Assembly (NCBI GenBank): GCA_038045945.1 | Contig: JBBSXC010000003.1 | Coordinates: 1 to 64,000 of the forward strand | Length of the DNA: 64,000 bases | Source: Nanobdellota archaeon | GTDB taxonomy: Archaea > Nanobdellota > Nanobdellia > Pacearchaeales > GW2011-AR1 | Reading direction: 5' to 3' | In this document: one piece after another, positions 11,635 through 20,910 of the stretch | Position numbering within the stretch: the first letter of the stretch is position 1 | Layout of the letters: the number at the start of each line of letters is the position of its first letter | The notes under the pieces: generated by a model | The model's input: the letters and a program-made list of their open reading frames with translations, nothing else | Database searches by the model: none | What the model was told of the DNA's origin: nothing | Made by a program: the position numbers and the translations under genes

Positions 11635-11756
11635 TTTTCCTCCTGTTTCTTTAAGTCATTGGAAAAATACTCGTCACAAGTATTTTATGAATGTAAAGCG
11701 AAAAATCACTTTATAAATCTATTGGTGATTTTTAGCTTTTGAAATAAAAAAGTTTT

Positions 11757-12770
11757 TCACTTCCAAAACACTTCCACTTGGTCTGTACGCTCTCTAGGAT
11801 TAATATCTAACTTGTCAACATCAACAAAAGACATCTTTTTCTTAACCATAGACTTATACATTATCTCGCCTAAGTACGCAATCATACCGCCATTATCCAC
11901 TAAGAATTGGTTTTGAGGAACATAAAACTTTGCACCTCGCTCATCACACATAATCTTACACATATCCTGAAGCCTCTTATTACAACCAACGCCGCCGCCA
12001 AGAAGTAATTCTTTTTTACCAATATGAGCCAAAGCTCTCTCGCTGGCTTCAACTAACATAGAAAAAACTGTTTCTTGCAAAGAATAAGCCAAAGTCCTAA
12101 TGTCATACTTTTTAGAATCAAACTTATTCTTAAGATTAGTTAAAAGACCAGAAAAAGAAACATCCATGCCCTTAATAGAATAAGGAAGATCAACATAAAC
12201 CTTATCAGACTCCTGCGCTAACTTATCAATAACCGGGCCGCCAGGAAAACCAATGCCTGCGTGCCGAGCAAAAGTATCAATAAAGTTACCGACACCGACG
12301 TCGAGAGTTTCACCAAAAACTCTGTATTTACCCTCAGAATAAGAAATAATTTGTGTGTTAGCGCCAGAAGCATAAAGAAGAACAGGATCGGCAGCGCCAG
12401 TTAATCTGCCAATCTCTAAATGAGCAACACAATGATTCACCGGAATAATTGGAACACCTAATCTTTTAGCAACGACTTTAGTAAACTTTAACCCTTCAAG
12501 AAGAGAAGGAGCTAAACCAGGAGCATTAGAAACAGCAATAGCAACAATATCCGATTCTTTAATGCCAGAAATCTTTATAGACTCATCATAAACACTTTGA
12601 GCAACTTGGCGATGATGAAGGGCAACCTTATTAGGAATCATACCCCCGCTTTGCGTAGTATAATTATCCTTAAAATTAGACAAAACTTTGCCATCACAAA
12701 CAACGCCAACACCAAAAGTATGAGCAGTAGTCTCAACACCCAAAACATAACCCTTAGATGACTTAACCAT
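11757..12770 (-). CDS. kae1: tRNA N6-threonylcarbamoyltransferase Kae1 (KEOPS)
   Basis: GVETTAHT, VNHCVAHLE, YASGANTQII, GETLD, DNGGMIA. Confidence 0.96.
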   Translation of the reverse strand: MVKSSKGYVLGVETTAHTFGVGVVCDGKVLSNFKDNYTTQSGGMIPNKVALHHRQVAQSVYDESIKISGIKESDIVAIAVSNAPGLAPSLLEGLKFTKVVAKRLGVPIIPVNHCVAHLEIGRLTGAADPVLLYASGANTQIISYSEGKYRVFGETLDVGVGNFIDTFARHAGIGFPGGPVIDKLAQESDKVYVDLPYSIKGMDVSFSGLLTNLKNKFDSKKYDIRTLAYSLQETVFSMLVEASERALAHIGKKELLLGGGVGCNKRLQDMCKIMCDERGAKFYVPQNQFLVDNGGMIAYLGEIMYKSMVKKKMSFVDVDKLDINPRERTDQVEVFWK

Positions 12771-13019
12771 TAAAAATAATTATTTTTATATTATAAAAAC
12801 CTTTTATTACCAAATTTTTGATAAATCATAAGGAATAGATAATCTCTCAACCTCACTTTCTAATAACTAAAAAAAATATGGTCTAATATAAAAGAATATA
12901 CAGAACAGAAAAAAACTAACGAGAAACAGGCAAAAAAAGCCTGAAATGATAAAAAAATAAAAAAAATAAAATCCCCCCTATCAAGGGTGATATCGCGAAT
13001 TATTTAATCAAAGAAGAAA

Positions 13020-13142
13020 TTATTTCTTCTTCTTTCTTCCGCCACGAGCCATCTTAGCCTCACAAACATTTCCTTTACCATCAATGTAGTATAGGTGTCC
13101 TGGCTTTCTCTTAACAGCTCCCTTAATTATGATTACTCCCAT
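13020..13142 (-). CDS. 40-aa basic protein MGVIIIKGAVKRKPGHLYYIDGKGNVCEAKMARGGRKKKK (below the ORF-track cutoff)
   Basis: GGAGGT SD 8 nt upstream of ATG; clean ORF; Lys/Arg-rich tail. Confidence 0.75.
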   Translation of the reverse strand: MGVIIIKGAVKRKPGHLYYIDGKGNVCEAKMARGGRKKKK

Positions 13143-13197
13143 CTTTTAATACCTCCTTTTTAAGAACATTATAAAATGATTATGCCGTCGGACGTAT

Positions 13198-13569
13198 TTA
13201 AACCTTTCCTCGCTCGAGGATAAAATCGACGATAGAAGAATATTTTTTGTTAATTGGAATCTCAATAAGTTTTCTAAAAGGTTTTTGTGGAGCGACGGAG
13301 AAACGGTTGGGTGATACCACTTTATAATCAACAATCTTGTTATTCTCGTCGAGCCAAATAGCTAAAAATTGCGGACAAAAAAAAGAATGGATTGGTGCAT
13401 CAGTATCGTTGCTAAATTCGAAAAGAAGAGCATGAGAATAATCAGAGCGAGAAAACATTAAACCTCTAACTTTCTCAAAACCTTTACAAACAACAATTTC
13501 TGGTATCTCGACAACTCTACCACCAATCTTTAACATAGCATTAATCTTTTTTTTAATTCTAGAAGCCAT
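13198..13569 (-). CDS. DUF192 family protein
   Basis: RGLMF...LLFEF...IHSFF...IWLD...IEIP pattern. Confidence 0.85.
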   Translation of the reverse strand: MASRIKKKINAMLKIGGRVVEIPEIVVCKGFEKVRGLMFSRSDYSHALLFEFSNDTDAPIHSFFCPQFLAIWLDENNKIVDYKVVSPNRFSVAPQKPFRKLIEIPINKKYSSIVDFILERGKV

Positions 13570-13984
13570 AATTATAAATACCTTGATTATCGAGATGTTT
13601 TTTAGCTTTTAATCTTTTATATTCTCTAAAGAATACCTCAATATTTTTATGATTTACCATGTTATGATGAATGAATCCTCCGCCGAATGATTTTGGTATG
13701 TGAAGCATTTCATGAATAACAACTTTTATTTTTTCATCATCTGATAACTTATCATACCTCTCTGATATGAACTCTAAAACATAAAAACCTCTACCTTTTC
13801 TTCCTAAAGCTTGCTGCATTATTTTGTTAAGTGCGTGACACCTGGCGATAGTTCCGCGTGAAGAAGAACCATGACTTCTCATAACCACTAAACTATCCAT
13901 TAAAACATGATTCATACTCATAGTTTCCCTTAAATCTTTAACCACTTCCAAAATATCAGGTGCATCAAAATATTTTATTCCCAT
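13559..13984 (-). CDS. putative zinc metallopeptidase
   Basis: VIHEMLHIP (HExxH); RS.GS.SR..IARC pattern. Confidence 0.8.
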   Translation of the reverse strand: MGIKYFDAPDILEVVKDLRETMSMNHVLMDSLVVMRSHGSSSRGTIARCHALNKIMQQALGRKGRGFYVLEFISERYDKLSDDEKIKVVIHEMLHIPKSFGGGFIHHNMVNHKNIEVFFREYKRLKAKKHLDNQGIYNYGF

Positions 13985-13987
13985 AAT

Positions 13988-14206
13988 TCATATATCTACG
14001 TGAACTATTTTATGATTAGATGTAGTTCCGGATTTAATTCTGACTAGTCTATGATCAACCCTATACTTTTTAGCTATTAAAGAAATAAGTTCTAAATTAG
14101 CCTTATTATTTTCTGGAACAGACTTCAATTCTGCTACATAATAATCACCCATCTCTTTTAATTCACTAACGCTTGAAGAAGTCTTCACCCTTATTTTTAA
14201 GATCAT
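13988..14206 (-). CDS. DUF167 (YggU-like) protein
   Basis: IRVK...PENNKANLELI..IAK...IKSG.TS..K; likely ATG at 14206. Confidence 0.85.
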   Translation of the reverse strand: MILKIRVKTSSSVSELKEMGDYYVAELKSVPENNKANLELISLIAKKYRVDHRLVRIKSGTTSNHKIVHVDI

Positions 14207-14273
14207 ATAAGATTTTTGCGAAATAACTTTAAATATATGATTGTTCACTAGAAAGTATCAAAAATGTGCAGAA

Positions 14274-14370
14274 GAGTTTTTGACTCATCACAACTCAATT
14301 GAATCATTTCATATTCATCACTTTGCTGTGATGAAGAGTCGGCTATCACGCGGCGATGGCCGACTCACCA
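14274..14370 (+). ncRNA. candidate structured RNA with a 12-bp GC-rich hairpin ending in ACCA
   Basis: GAGTCGGCTATC-ACGCGGC-GATGGCCGACTC-ACCA at 14336-14370, plus an upstream TCATCACA/TGTGATGA stem. Confidence 0.35.
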
Positions 14371-14427
14371 TAATCTAAATCATCAATCGCCATAATCTAT
14401 AAAAATAATTATTAACTAAAATCTTTC

Positions 14428-14967
14428 ATGATAATAAGAGTGGGTTCTACTAACCCAGCAAAAATTGAGGCAGTAAGAGAAATAGCCGAAGAGTACCATG
14501 TGTTCAAGGGAGCAATTGTTCAAGGATTAAAAGTTGACAGTGGTATATCTGAAGAACCTCTAAATTTTGGAGAGTTAAGGAGAGGAGCAGTTAACAGGTC
14601 ATGGGAAGCATTTCCACAAGCCAACTATGGTGTAGGGATTGAAAGCGGGATTGTTGAGATTCCTGGGACGAGAAGCGGACTTGTTAATTTTTGTGCAGCA
14701 AACGTTTATGATGGAAAAAATAATTATTTTGGTTTATCTGGAGGTTTTGAATTAAGCATACCGATGGCTGACTTAGTTCTAAATGAAGGCTTAAGCTTAT
14801 CCCAAGCATGCAAAAGGCTAGGATTATCTCCTGATGATGACTTGGGAAGTCGTGAAGGGCTCGTCGGATTACTAACCGGTAATAGGTTCACAAGAAAGGG
14901 TTATAGTAAAACAGCGCTAATAATGGCTTTAGGATACTTAGAAAAGCCTCACTTACTAAGAGGATAA
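14428..14967 (+). CDS. yjjX: inosine/xanthosine triphosphatase (YjjX family)
   Basis: VGSTNPAKIEAV, SGISEEP, GAVNR, GIESG, GLVGLLT...TR. Confidence 0.9.
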   Translation: MIIRVGSTNPAKIEAVREIAEEYHVFKGAIVQGLKVDSGISEEPLNFGELRRGAVNRSWEAFPQANYGVGIESGIVEIPGTRSGLVNFCAANVYDGKNNYFGLSGGFELSIPMADLVLNEGLSLSQACKRLGLSPDDDLGSREGLVGLLTGNRFTRKGYSKTALIMALGYLEKPHLLRG

Positions 14968-14968
14968 A

Positions 14969-15799
14969 CTAGTATCTCCTAAAATCAACTAATAATCCTT
15001 TTTCATCTCTCAAAAATATGCTGTCACCGTCATCATTCCATAAACTATAACAAGAACCTATTGGTTTATTATTAAAATAAAAAACTTTTTTCTCTAAATC
15101 ATTTTCGCCCTTACCATTAAATAAAGTAACAGTTTCTTTCTCCTCAACAACTACCTTAGGAAAAGCAAATTTGTGAGTTGCCGAATCCTTAACAAACCAA
15201 GAACTAATATCACAAGAAAAAGAACAATTATTATAAAACTTTAATAATTCCCCGCCAGCTTTACAATCCTCCTCGCCCTTACCGCCGATACCACTATTAA
15301 TTTCACCAATAATAAAACAAGAAGAACAAACATGACTGCTCCTAGACCAAATACCTAAACCTTTATTCTTAGCTAATAATTCTGAACGTAAAATTACATG
15401 TTTGTACTTATCGTCCTGATAATAATAAGAACTAGCAAGGCCGAGAAGAACCAATTCTTCATTAACCAAAACTTCACCAAAGTGTAAGTAACCAAGATTA
15501 CGTCCATACTTATCAACACCATAAAAATCAAAAATTGTATAATTACCATCATAAGACATCAAATAACTCTTAGCCTCATCATAAAAATTCTCGCCCTTCT
15601 CAGGAGTATTAATGCCTAAAAGGCGAAAACTAGAACCATTAGCCTGGAAAGTATCGCCATCAATAACCCTATCAATAAACACTGGCATACTAATAACCTG
15701 TTCTTTTTCTGACTTATCACTTAATGAGTAACCCAAAAGAACAAAACTAACAATTACTAACAAGAATAATTGCTTCTTAAATTTAGAATTAATCATCAA
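14969..15799 (-). CDS. secreted thermonuclease (SNase) with C-terminal lamin-tail-like domain
   Basis: RVIDGDT, RLLGINTPE, DKYGR.LGY, GLGIWS; WNDDGDSIFLRD. Confidence 0.9.
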   Translation of the reverse strand: MMINSKFKKQLFLLVIVSFVLLGYSLSDKSEKEQVISMPVFIDRVIDGDTFQANGSSFRLLGINTPEKGENFYDEAKSYLMSYDGNYTIFDFYGVDKYGRNLGYLHFGEVLVNEELVLLGLASSYYYQDDKYKHVILRSELLAKNKGLGIWSRSSHVCSSCFIIGEINSGIGGKGEEDCKAGGELLKFYNNCSFSCDISSWFVKDSATHKFAFPKVVVEEKETVTLFNGKGENDLEKKVFYFNNKPIGSCYSLWNDDGDSIFLRDEKGLLVDFRRY

Positions 15800-15844
15800 A
15801 AAACATAAGAAAGGTTTATAAATAAACTTTTTTATCTCATAATC

Positions 15845-16153
15845 ATGTCCAAAGTTAGAATCAAACTAAACAGCATTGATATTGACCAACTAAACATTAT
15901 TTGTAATTCTATAAAAGACATAGCATCACAAGCAGGCGTAACAATCGCTGGGCCTATACCATTACCAACTAAAAGACTTAAAGTAACAACAAGAAAGTCT
16001 CCATGTGGTAGCGGTACAGCAACTTTTGACAGGTTCGAAATGAGAATACACAAAAGAATAATAGATTTACCATCAAACGATCGTGTTCTTCACGCAATTA
16101 TGAGAACTAACATTCCACCAACAGTTCACATAAAGATTCAGATAATAAACTAA
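15845..16153 (+). CDS. rps10: 30S ribosomal protein uS10
   Basis: GPIPLPTKRL.VTTRKSPCG.GTATFDRFEMRIHKRIID (archaeal type). Confidence 0.97.
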   Translation: MSKVRIKLNSIDIDQLNIICNSIKDIASQAGVTIAGPIPLPTKRLKVTTRKSPCGSGTATFDRFEMRIHKRIIDLPSNDRVLHAIMRTNIPPTVHIKIQIIN

Positions 16154-16215
16154 TCATAAAAAAGATTCTTCTATAGAGTAATAATACTTAAAAACCATTA
16201 ATTTATGATTTTATC

Positions 16216-16842
16216 ATGGGACAAAAAGAATTAGATGAATTAAAGGGCTTCCTTACATGGGAATTAGCTACTAATGGCGGTTTAACAATAAAAAATTCTT
16301 CAGCAAGAGTAATTGATAAATCTGAACAATTCAGCGGATTAGTACTAGTGAGCTTAGGACTAGAAATGCCATCAAAAGGTAATGCTGGAAGTGAACCATG
16401 GTATGCTGACGTTGGAGTAGCTTATAGAGACCTAGTAAACTCTGTACTAAGGCTAGAAAGTAATGGAAAAGACAAAAATGGTAACGATAGAGAGGCATTA
16501 AGGATGCTAAGAACAGAATTCTATATAGAAATGATAAGCCAAAGACCAAAACCGATGCCTGTAGGCGGAAGAGAAGGGGCACCAGTACAATCACTAACTC
16601 CTGAAGAAGAAGCATCTCAGTGGTCAGTTTATGCTAGAAGGCACGGACTAGCACAATTAATGTCAAGCATGCCGGGAAATGAGGGGAAAATAGTTTATGA
16701 CAGAGAATCAAAAGAAGGTAAGAAAGACAGAGCAGTAATAGGTTATGAACTTGAAAGTAACTTCAGATTTAGTAAAGATCCAGAATTATACTTAAGAATA
16801 ATGTCTAAAACAGAAGAAGCAGAAAGTTTCAGAAGAAAATAA
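16216..16842 (+). CDS. hypothetical protein
   Basis: 208-aa ORF with an upstream TATA-like box. Confidence 0.7.
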   Translation: MGQKELDELKGFLTWELATNGGLTIKNSSARVIDKSEQFSGLVLVSLGLEMPSKGNAGSEPWYADVGVAYRDLVNSVLRLESNGKDKNGNDREALRMLRTEFYIEMISQRPKPMPVGGREGAPVQSLTPEEEASQWSVYARRHGLAQLMSSMPGNEGKIVYDRESKEGKKDRAVIGYELESNFRFSKDPELYLRIMSKTEEAESFRRK

Positions 16843-16940
16843 AATTTTTCTAATAGCAATAATTTAAAAATCAAAGATTTTGAGACATTTCATTAAAAAC
16901 TCAATGTTTAAAAATCATCATTCTTGTGTATCTCTATTAA

Positions 16941-17023
16941 GCCCACATCGCGTAGTGGTATCGCACAAGATTGGAAATCTTGGCCCTTTACTGGGCATCC
17001 AGGTTCAATTCCTGGTGTGGGCG
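16941..17023 (+). tRNA. tRNA-Ser(GGA)
   Basis: GCCCACA/TGTGGGC acceptor, CAAGA-TTGGAAA-TCTTG anticodon arm, long variable arm, GGTTCAATTCC T-arm; no encoded CCA. Confidence 0.95.
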
Positions 17024-17083
17024 TCATCTTCTTTAATAAATTGTTGCAATAATACTTAAAAAACTAAAATTATTAATAAAAAA

Positions 17084-18010
17084 ATGGATTTAACGATATT
17101 CGCAGGAAAAGGGGGAGTAGGAAAAAGTACGTCAGCAGTCGCTTACGCATTAGCAACAGCAGAAAAAGGAGATGACACACTAATAATTGATTTTGATGGA
17201 GGACACTCAGTAGCAAGAACACTAGACGTAATAACTGAAGAAAAAAATTCTAACAGCATGGTATGTTCCGGAATACAAAAAATAAGTTTGGGAGTAGTAG
17301 ACAGAATAAAGTACTCAAACATTGCAGAATATAAACTAAGAGGAGAAAAAACCGCTGATTACCTAGAACAATTTACTGGAGCACAAGGATTAGTACCTTA
17401 CCATGATATGGCAACAGAATTTTTCGGCTTATTAACAGATATAAACACAGTATCAAGCTTTGCTTCACTAATGGGGCTGTTAGAAGACGCAGAAAGAAAA
17501 AAAGTAAAAAAAGTAGTTATTGACGTAGAGCCAACAGCCGGACTAGAAAGATTACTAACATCAACAAAACAAATGACTAGAAGCCTAACAAACCTGCAAA
17601 ACAGAGGAATAGTAATACAAACAGTTATCAGAGTTTGGCCGGACATAAAAGCGTGCCTGGATGGAGAATACATAACCCACGCAGACAAATACCTAAAAAC
17701 ATTAGAAAAAACTGCTGAAAGACTAAAAAGAGCAGACTATAATTTAGTGTGCGTTCCAGAAGAAGGGCCAGTAGGGCAAATAGAACAAGTAGAAGAATTA
17801 ATTAAAAATTATGGCGGTGAAATTAAAGCATACGTGATTAATAATATAAGAGGAGAACCTGGAGAAGGAAAACAAATAAGAAGAGTTAAGATCATAGCAA
17901 AAGGAAGACCGATAATAAGAGTCGAACGTGACAGAAGAATACAAGATTGGCGTTTAGAAGAAAGAAGAGAATTACTAAAAAATATCGGAAGAAAAATAAT
18001 CGCGGCATAA
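17084..18010 (+). CDS. ArsA/Get3-family ATPase
   Basis: AGKGGVGKST deviant Walker A, IDFDGGHS, IDVEPTA switch II. Confidence 0.85.
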   Translation: MDLTIFAGKGGVGKSTSAVAYALATAEKGDDTLIIDFDGGHSVARTLDVITEEKNSNSMVCSGIQKISLGVVDRIKYSNIAEYKLRGEKTADYLEQFTGAQGLVPYHDMATEFFGLLTDINTVSSFASLMGLLEDAERKKVKKVVIDVEPTAGLERLLTSTKQMTRSLTNLQNRGIVIQTVIRVWPDIKACLDGEYITHADKYLKTLEKTAERLKRADYNLVCVPEEGPVGQIEQVEELIKNYGGEIKAYVINNIRGEPGEGKQIRRVKIIAKGRPIIRVERDRRIQDWRLEERRELLKNIGRKIIAA

Positions 18011-18018
18011 AAAAACTT

Positions 18019-18399
18019 TTAGTTCATCAATTGTTCATCAGGCAAATATTTTTCATTATAAAGTTCATAATTAAAAGTTTGTAAAAACTCCTGAATAACT
18101 TCCTCTGATAAGTCGAGCTTTCTAAGAACGGACTCTACCTTAAAGAAAAAACAGTAAGTACAAACAGAAACGATCTCTTGAGAACAAATAATACAAAAAA
18201 CATCGTTTTTAGGCTCAAAAGAAAAATTCTTCTTAACGTTACTAACAACATAACTAGAAACACTAGAGGGAATATTTTGGTCATTAGCCCAAAGAGCGAG
18301 CTGCTTAGTATGGCACTTTTCACAAATAGGGTTTGTAATGGCTTGGTTGCAAATAAATCATAATTCTCCGCTGCTACCTCTAATACTTCTCTTTTCCAT
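18019..18399 (-). pseudogene. Cys-rich (4x CxxC) protein gene with in-frame TGA at codon 14 (pseudogene, recoding or sequence error)
   Basis: Reads MEKRSIRGSSGEL*FICNQAITNPICEKC...CIIC...CTYCF...FN; TGA at 18358-18360 sits at the first Cys position of a CxxC. Confidence 0.7.
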
Positions 18400-18502
18400 A
18401 AATAACTGTAAGTAACAATTTTATTTAAAGAAGAGTTGTAGTTTAAACTACTATTATTCCAAGAAAAAACTAACAAAAAAATAAAAAAACTTCTTTATTT
18501 CA

Positions 18503-18709
18503 TTACTTGCAGTGTGAGCATCTTGGCATGAAAAGCTTGCTTAAACCAGCAATAATTAACAAGACCGCAACAAGCTTCCACCAGCCAATGAAAGGCCACC
18601 AAGCATTAATAGCGATAATAATACCAACTATTAATAACTTCCAAGAATGGCACTTAGAACAATGACCCATGTTACACATGTGACGGTCGTGCATATCTTC
18701 AGACTTCAT
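18503..18709 (-). CDS. small 2-TM protein with CxxC at both ends
   Basis: GGAGGTG SD before ATG at 18709; CSKC...TM-TM...CSHC. Confidence 0.75.
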   Translation of the reverse strand: MKSEDMHDRHMCNMGHCSKCHSWKLLIVGIIIAINAWWPFIGWWKLVAVLLIIAGLSKLFMPRCSHCK

Positions 18710-18784
18710 AAAGACACCTCCATTTGATAAGAATAACAAGACTGGTAAGTATTTATAATGAACGGTAAAGCAGAAAAATAATAA

Positions 18785-19840
18785 TTATTTTTTACCAACC
18801 ATTTTGTTAACTCTACTGATAAGTTTAGGCTCAACATAATAATGAATAGTAACAGAAGAACTGCTCACCCATTCCTTATCCTTCTTAGAAAACCTTTTAT
18901 GACCTAGCCTTTGAGCAATGCCGTTAAACAATTCCTTAACCTCGCTCTTACTAGTACTCTTATGAGTATTAAGAAAATCCTGGACTTTCTTAGTAGCAAA
19001 ATGAGAACGAACAATATGAGGATAAAACCTCTGACCACAATACCTCTGGAAAGCATCCATAAATTCAGTATCGCGAATAGTAGAATTATCAAGGTGAGAA
19101 AAAACAAAACTTTTAGAATTAGCACGACTCAAACTATCCTTTAGTCTCCTAACATAATCATCAGGAAATAACTCATTAATAATCATAGGAACACCATCCT
19201 TACCAAAATAATGAAAATTAACGTTATTCTTGCTAATTGAGACATCAGACTTCTTAAGAGTTGTAAGCCCCTTATGACCATGAGCCTTAAAATATGACTC
19301 ATTACCAACACGCATCAAAGTCTTAAGAAGAGTAAACATAGGCAAAGCAAAAAAATCTTTAGGGTCCTTCAAACCAGCAAGAACATTACGATAAAGCTTA
19401 CCATACAACTTATCAAACTCACCAACCTTCTTATACTTCCTAAGAGAAGAATTCCTTTTCTTACTAAGAGTATAAACATAAGCGTACTGACCATTAGGAT
19501 TCTTATAAAGAACATCCCAATGATCTGAAGAAGATTCATCATGAACTGTTAAATCAGGAGAAAACAAAGAATAAGCCTTATCCAAAACTTCCCCATTAGG
19601 CAAAACATTAATTCTAGAGCCCTGAACTTTCCCCTCATGAGAAAGCTGGCCCTTAAGAAATAAAGAATTCTTAGAATCAACTAAAATACCAAAATTGTTA
19701 TGAGCCTTAAATAATGCAATAACCGTTAAAGCATTAGGAAAAACCTTACTTGAAGAAACCCAAGACTTACCATTCCACTCTACAACCTTTAAACTCTTAC
19801 TAATAATCCTACAAGTACCCTTAATAATCACCTCTCTCAT
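18785..19840 (-). CDS. DNA topoisomerase IB-like protein (compact bacterial/viral type)
   Basis: MRVGNESY, GLTTL, F.YFGKDG, HIVRSHFAT, LGH, YYVEP catalytic Tyr region. Confidence 0.8.
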   Translation of the reverse strand: MREVIIKGTCRIISKSLKVVEWNGKSWVSSSKVFPNALTVIALFKAHNNFGILVDSKNSLFLKGQLSHEGKVQGSRINVLPNGEVLDKAYSLFSPDLTVHDESSSDHWDVLYKNPNGQYAYVYTLSKKRNSSLRKYKKVGEFDKLYGKLYRNVLAGLKDPKDFFALPMFTLLKTLMRVGNESYFKAHGHKGLTTLKKSDVSISKNNVNFHYFGKDGVPMIINELFPDDYVRRLKDSLSRANSKSFVFSHLDNSTIRDTEFMDAFQRYCGQRFYPHIVRSHFATKKVQDFLNTHKSTSKSEVKELFNGIAQRLGHKRFSKKDKEWVSSSSVTIHYYVEPKLISRVNKMVGKK

Positions 19841-19936
19841 AAAAGAAATAACAACTAAGCTTTTTTATAAAGCCTTCTAATTATTTTTAAAAAAAACAAC
19901 AAACGTTTAATAAGGATTAACGACAAATAATAATTA

Positions 19937-20209
19937 ATGAATAAGCATTGGGATTTGTGGACTTACTGGATAATTACAGGAATACTACTAATATACTCAG
20001 TATACATTAAAGGAACATGTGAAGAATTAGGCTGTTTAGCAATAATAATACCAATAATTGGAATAATGATAATATCAGGATTAGAACTAATAATTAGCAT
20101 AATAAAACTAAAAAAAGAAAAATCAACATTTAGAATAATAACAACAATAATCGTTGGAATAATAACAGTATTAACCTTATTATCCATGGTAATAACAAAA
20201 AATAATTAA
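19937..20209 (+). CDS. small 3-TM membrane protein
   Basis: Hydrophobic segments; A-ending codons. Confidence 0.65.
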   Translation: MNKHWDLWTYWIITGILLIYSVYIKGTCEELGCLAIIIPIIGIMIISGLELIISIIKLKKEKSTFRIITTIIVGIITVLTLLSMVITKNN

Positions 20210-20259
20210 TTATTCTAAATAATAATTATGCTTAAGAAGTCATAAAATAATCATTTTTT

Positions 20260-20910
20260 ATGAGAAATGACGGAATAAGGCCGGCGGTAAGACTTTTTAG
20301 AAGAAAAGTAATGAGGCCAATGAGAATATTTTCAACACCTGCGGCAGCAATTATCCATTTAAGAGACGCATCATTACACCCAAGAGTGATGCCAAGAAGA
20401 ATCAGCGAAGATTTTTATCGTTGCGGACAAATAGACTGTGACGAATTAGAAGAATTAGTAAAAACAAAAGGGATAAAAGCAGTAGTTAACCTAAGAGGAG
20501 AAAAAGAAGGAAGGCACTGGTACGATGAAGAAATAGAATTATGCAAAGATTTAGGCGTAAAACATTTCGATGTTAAGATGAGCTCAATGGAGCCATGGAG
20601 AGAAGCAATAATAAAATACTTAGAAATAATCAATGATAGACAAAACTACCCTCTTGATGTCCACTGCACAGGACATAAAGACAGGTCAGGACTAGCATCA
20701 GCAATTTACAGAGTAGAAATATTAGGCCACAAGACTCGTGATGCCATGAGAGAACTAAACCCTCAACCACACAAAGAATCAATGTTTTACAGATTCATGA
20801 GCGATTACGAACTATTCGGAGAAGGAAGAAACAAAAAGTTTAGTGAATGGACTGAAGAATGGGATGGTAAAGGATACGAACAAGAAAAAGCAAAATTACT
20901 TCTTGCTTAA
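20260..20910 (+). CDS. Cys-based protein tyrosine/dual-specificity phosphatase-like protein
   Basis: FYRCGQ, GIKAVVNLR, VHCTGHKDRSG (CX5R). Confidence 0.88.
   Translation: MRNDGIRPAVRLFRRKVMRPMRIFSTPAAAIIHLRDASLHPRVMPRRISEDFYRCGQIDCDELEELVKTKGIKAVVNLRGEKEGRHWYDEEIELCKDLGVKHFDVKMSSMEPWREAIIKYLEIINDRQNYPLDVHCTGHKDRSGLASAIYRVEILGHKTRDAMRELNPQPHKESMFYRFMSDYELFGEGRNKKFSEWTEEWDGKGYEQEKAKLLLA

Noticed and set aside
14352-14395. GGCGATGG...CACCATAA resembling a fluoride (crcB) riboswitch start
   Set aside because: The downstream GCTRATGRC pseudoknot partner is missing and the adjacent genes are not fluoride-related
16941-17100. Island integrated at tRNA-Ser
   Set aside because: No downstream copy of its 3' end was seen
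18135-18476. 113-aa hydrophobic ORF in the track
   Set aside because: A different frame (18019-18399) carries the ordered CxxC motifs and fits local codon usage better
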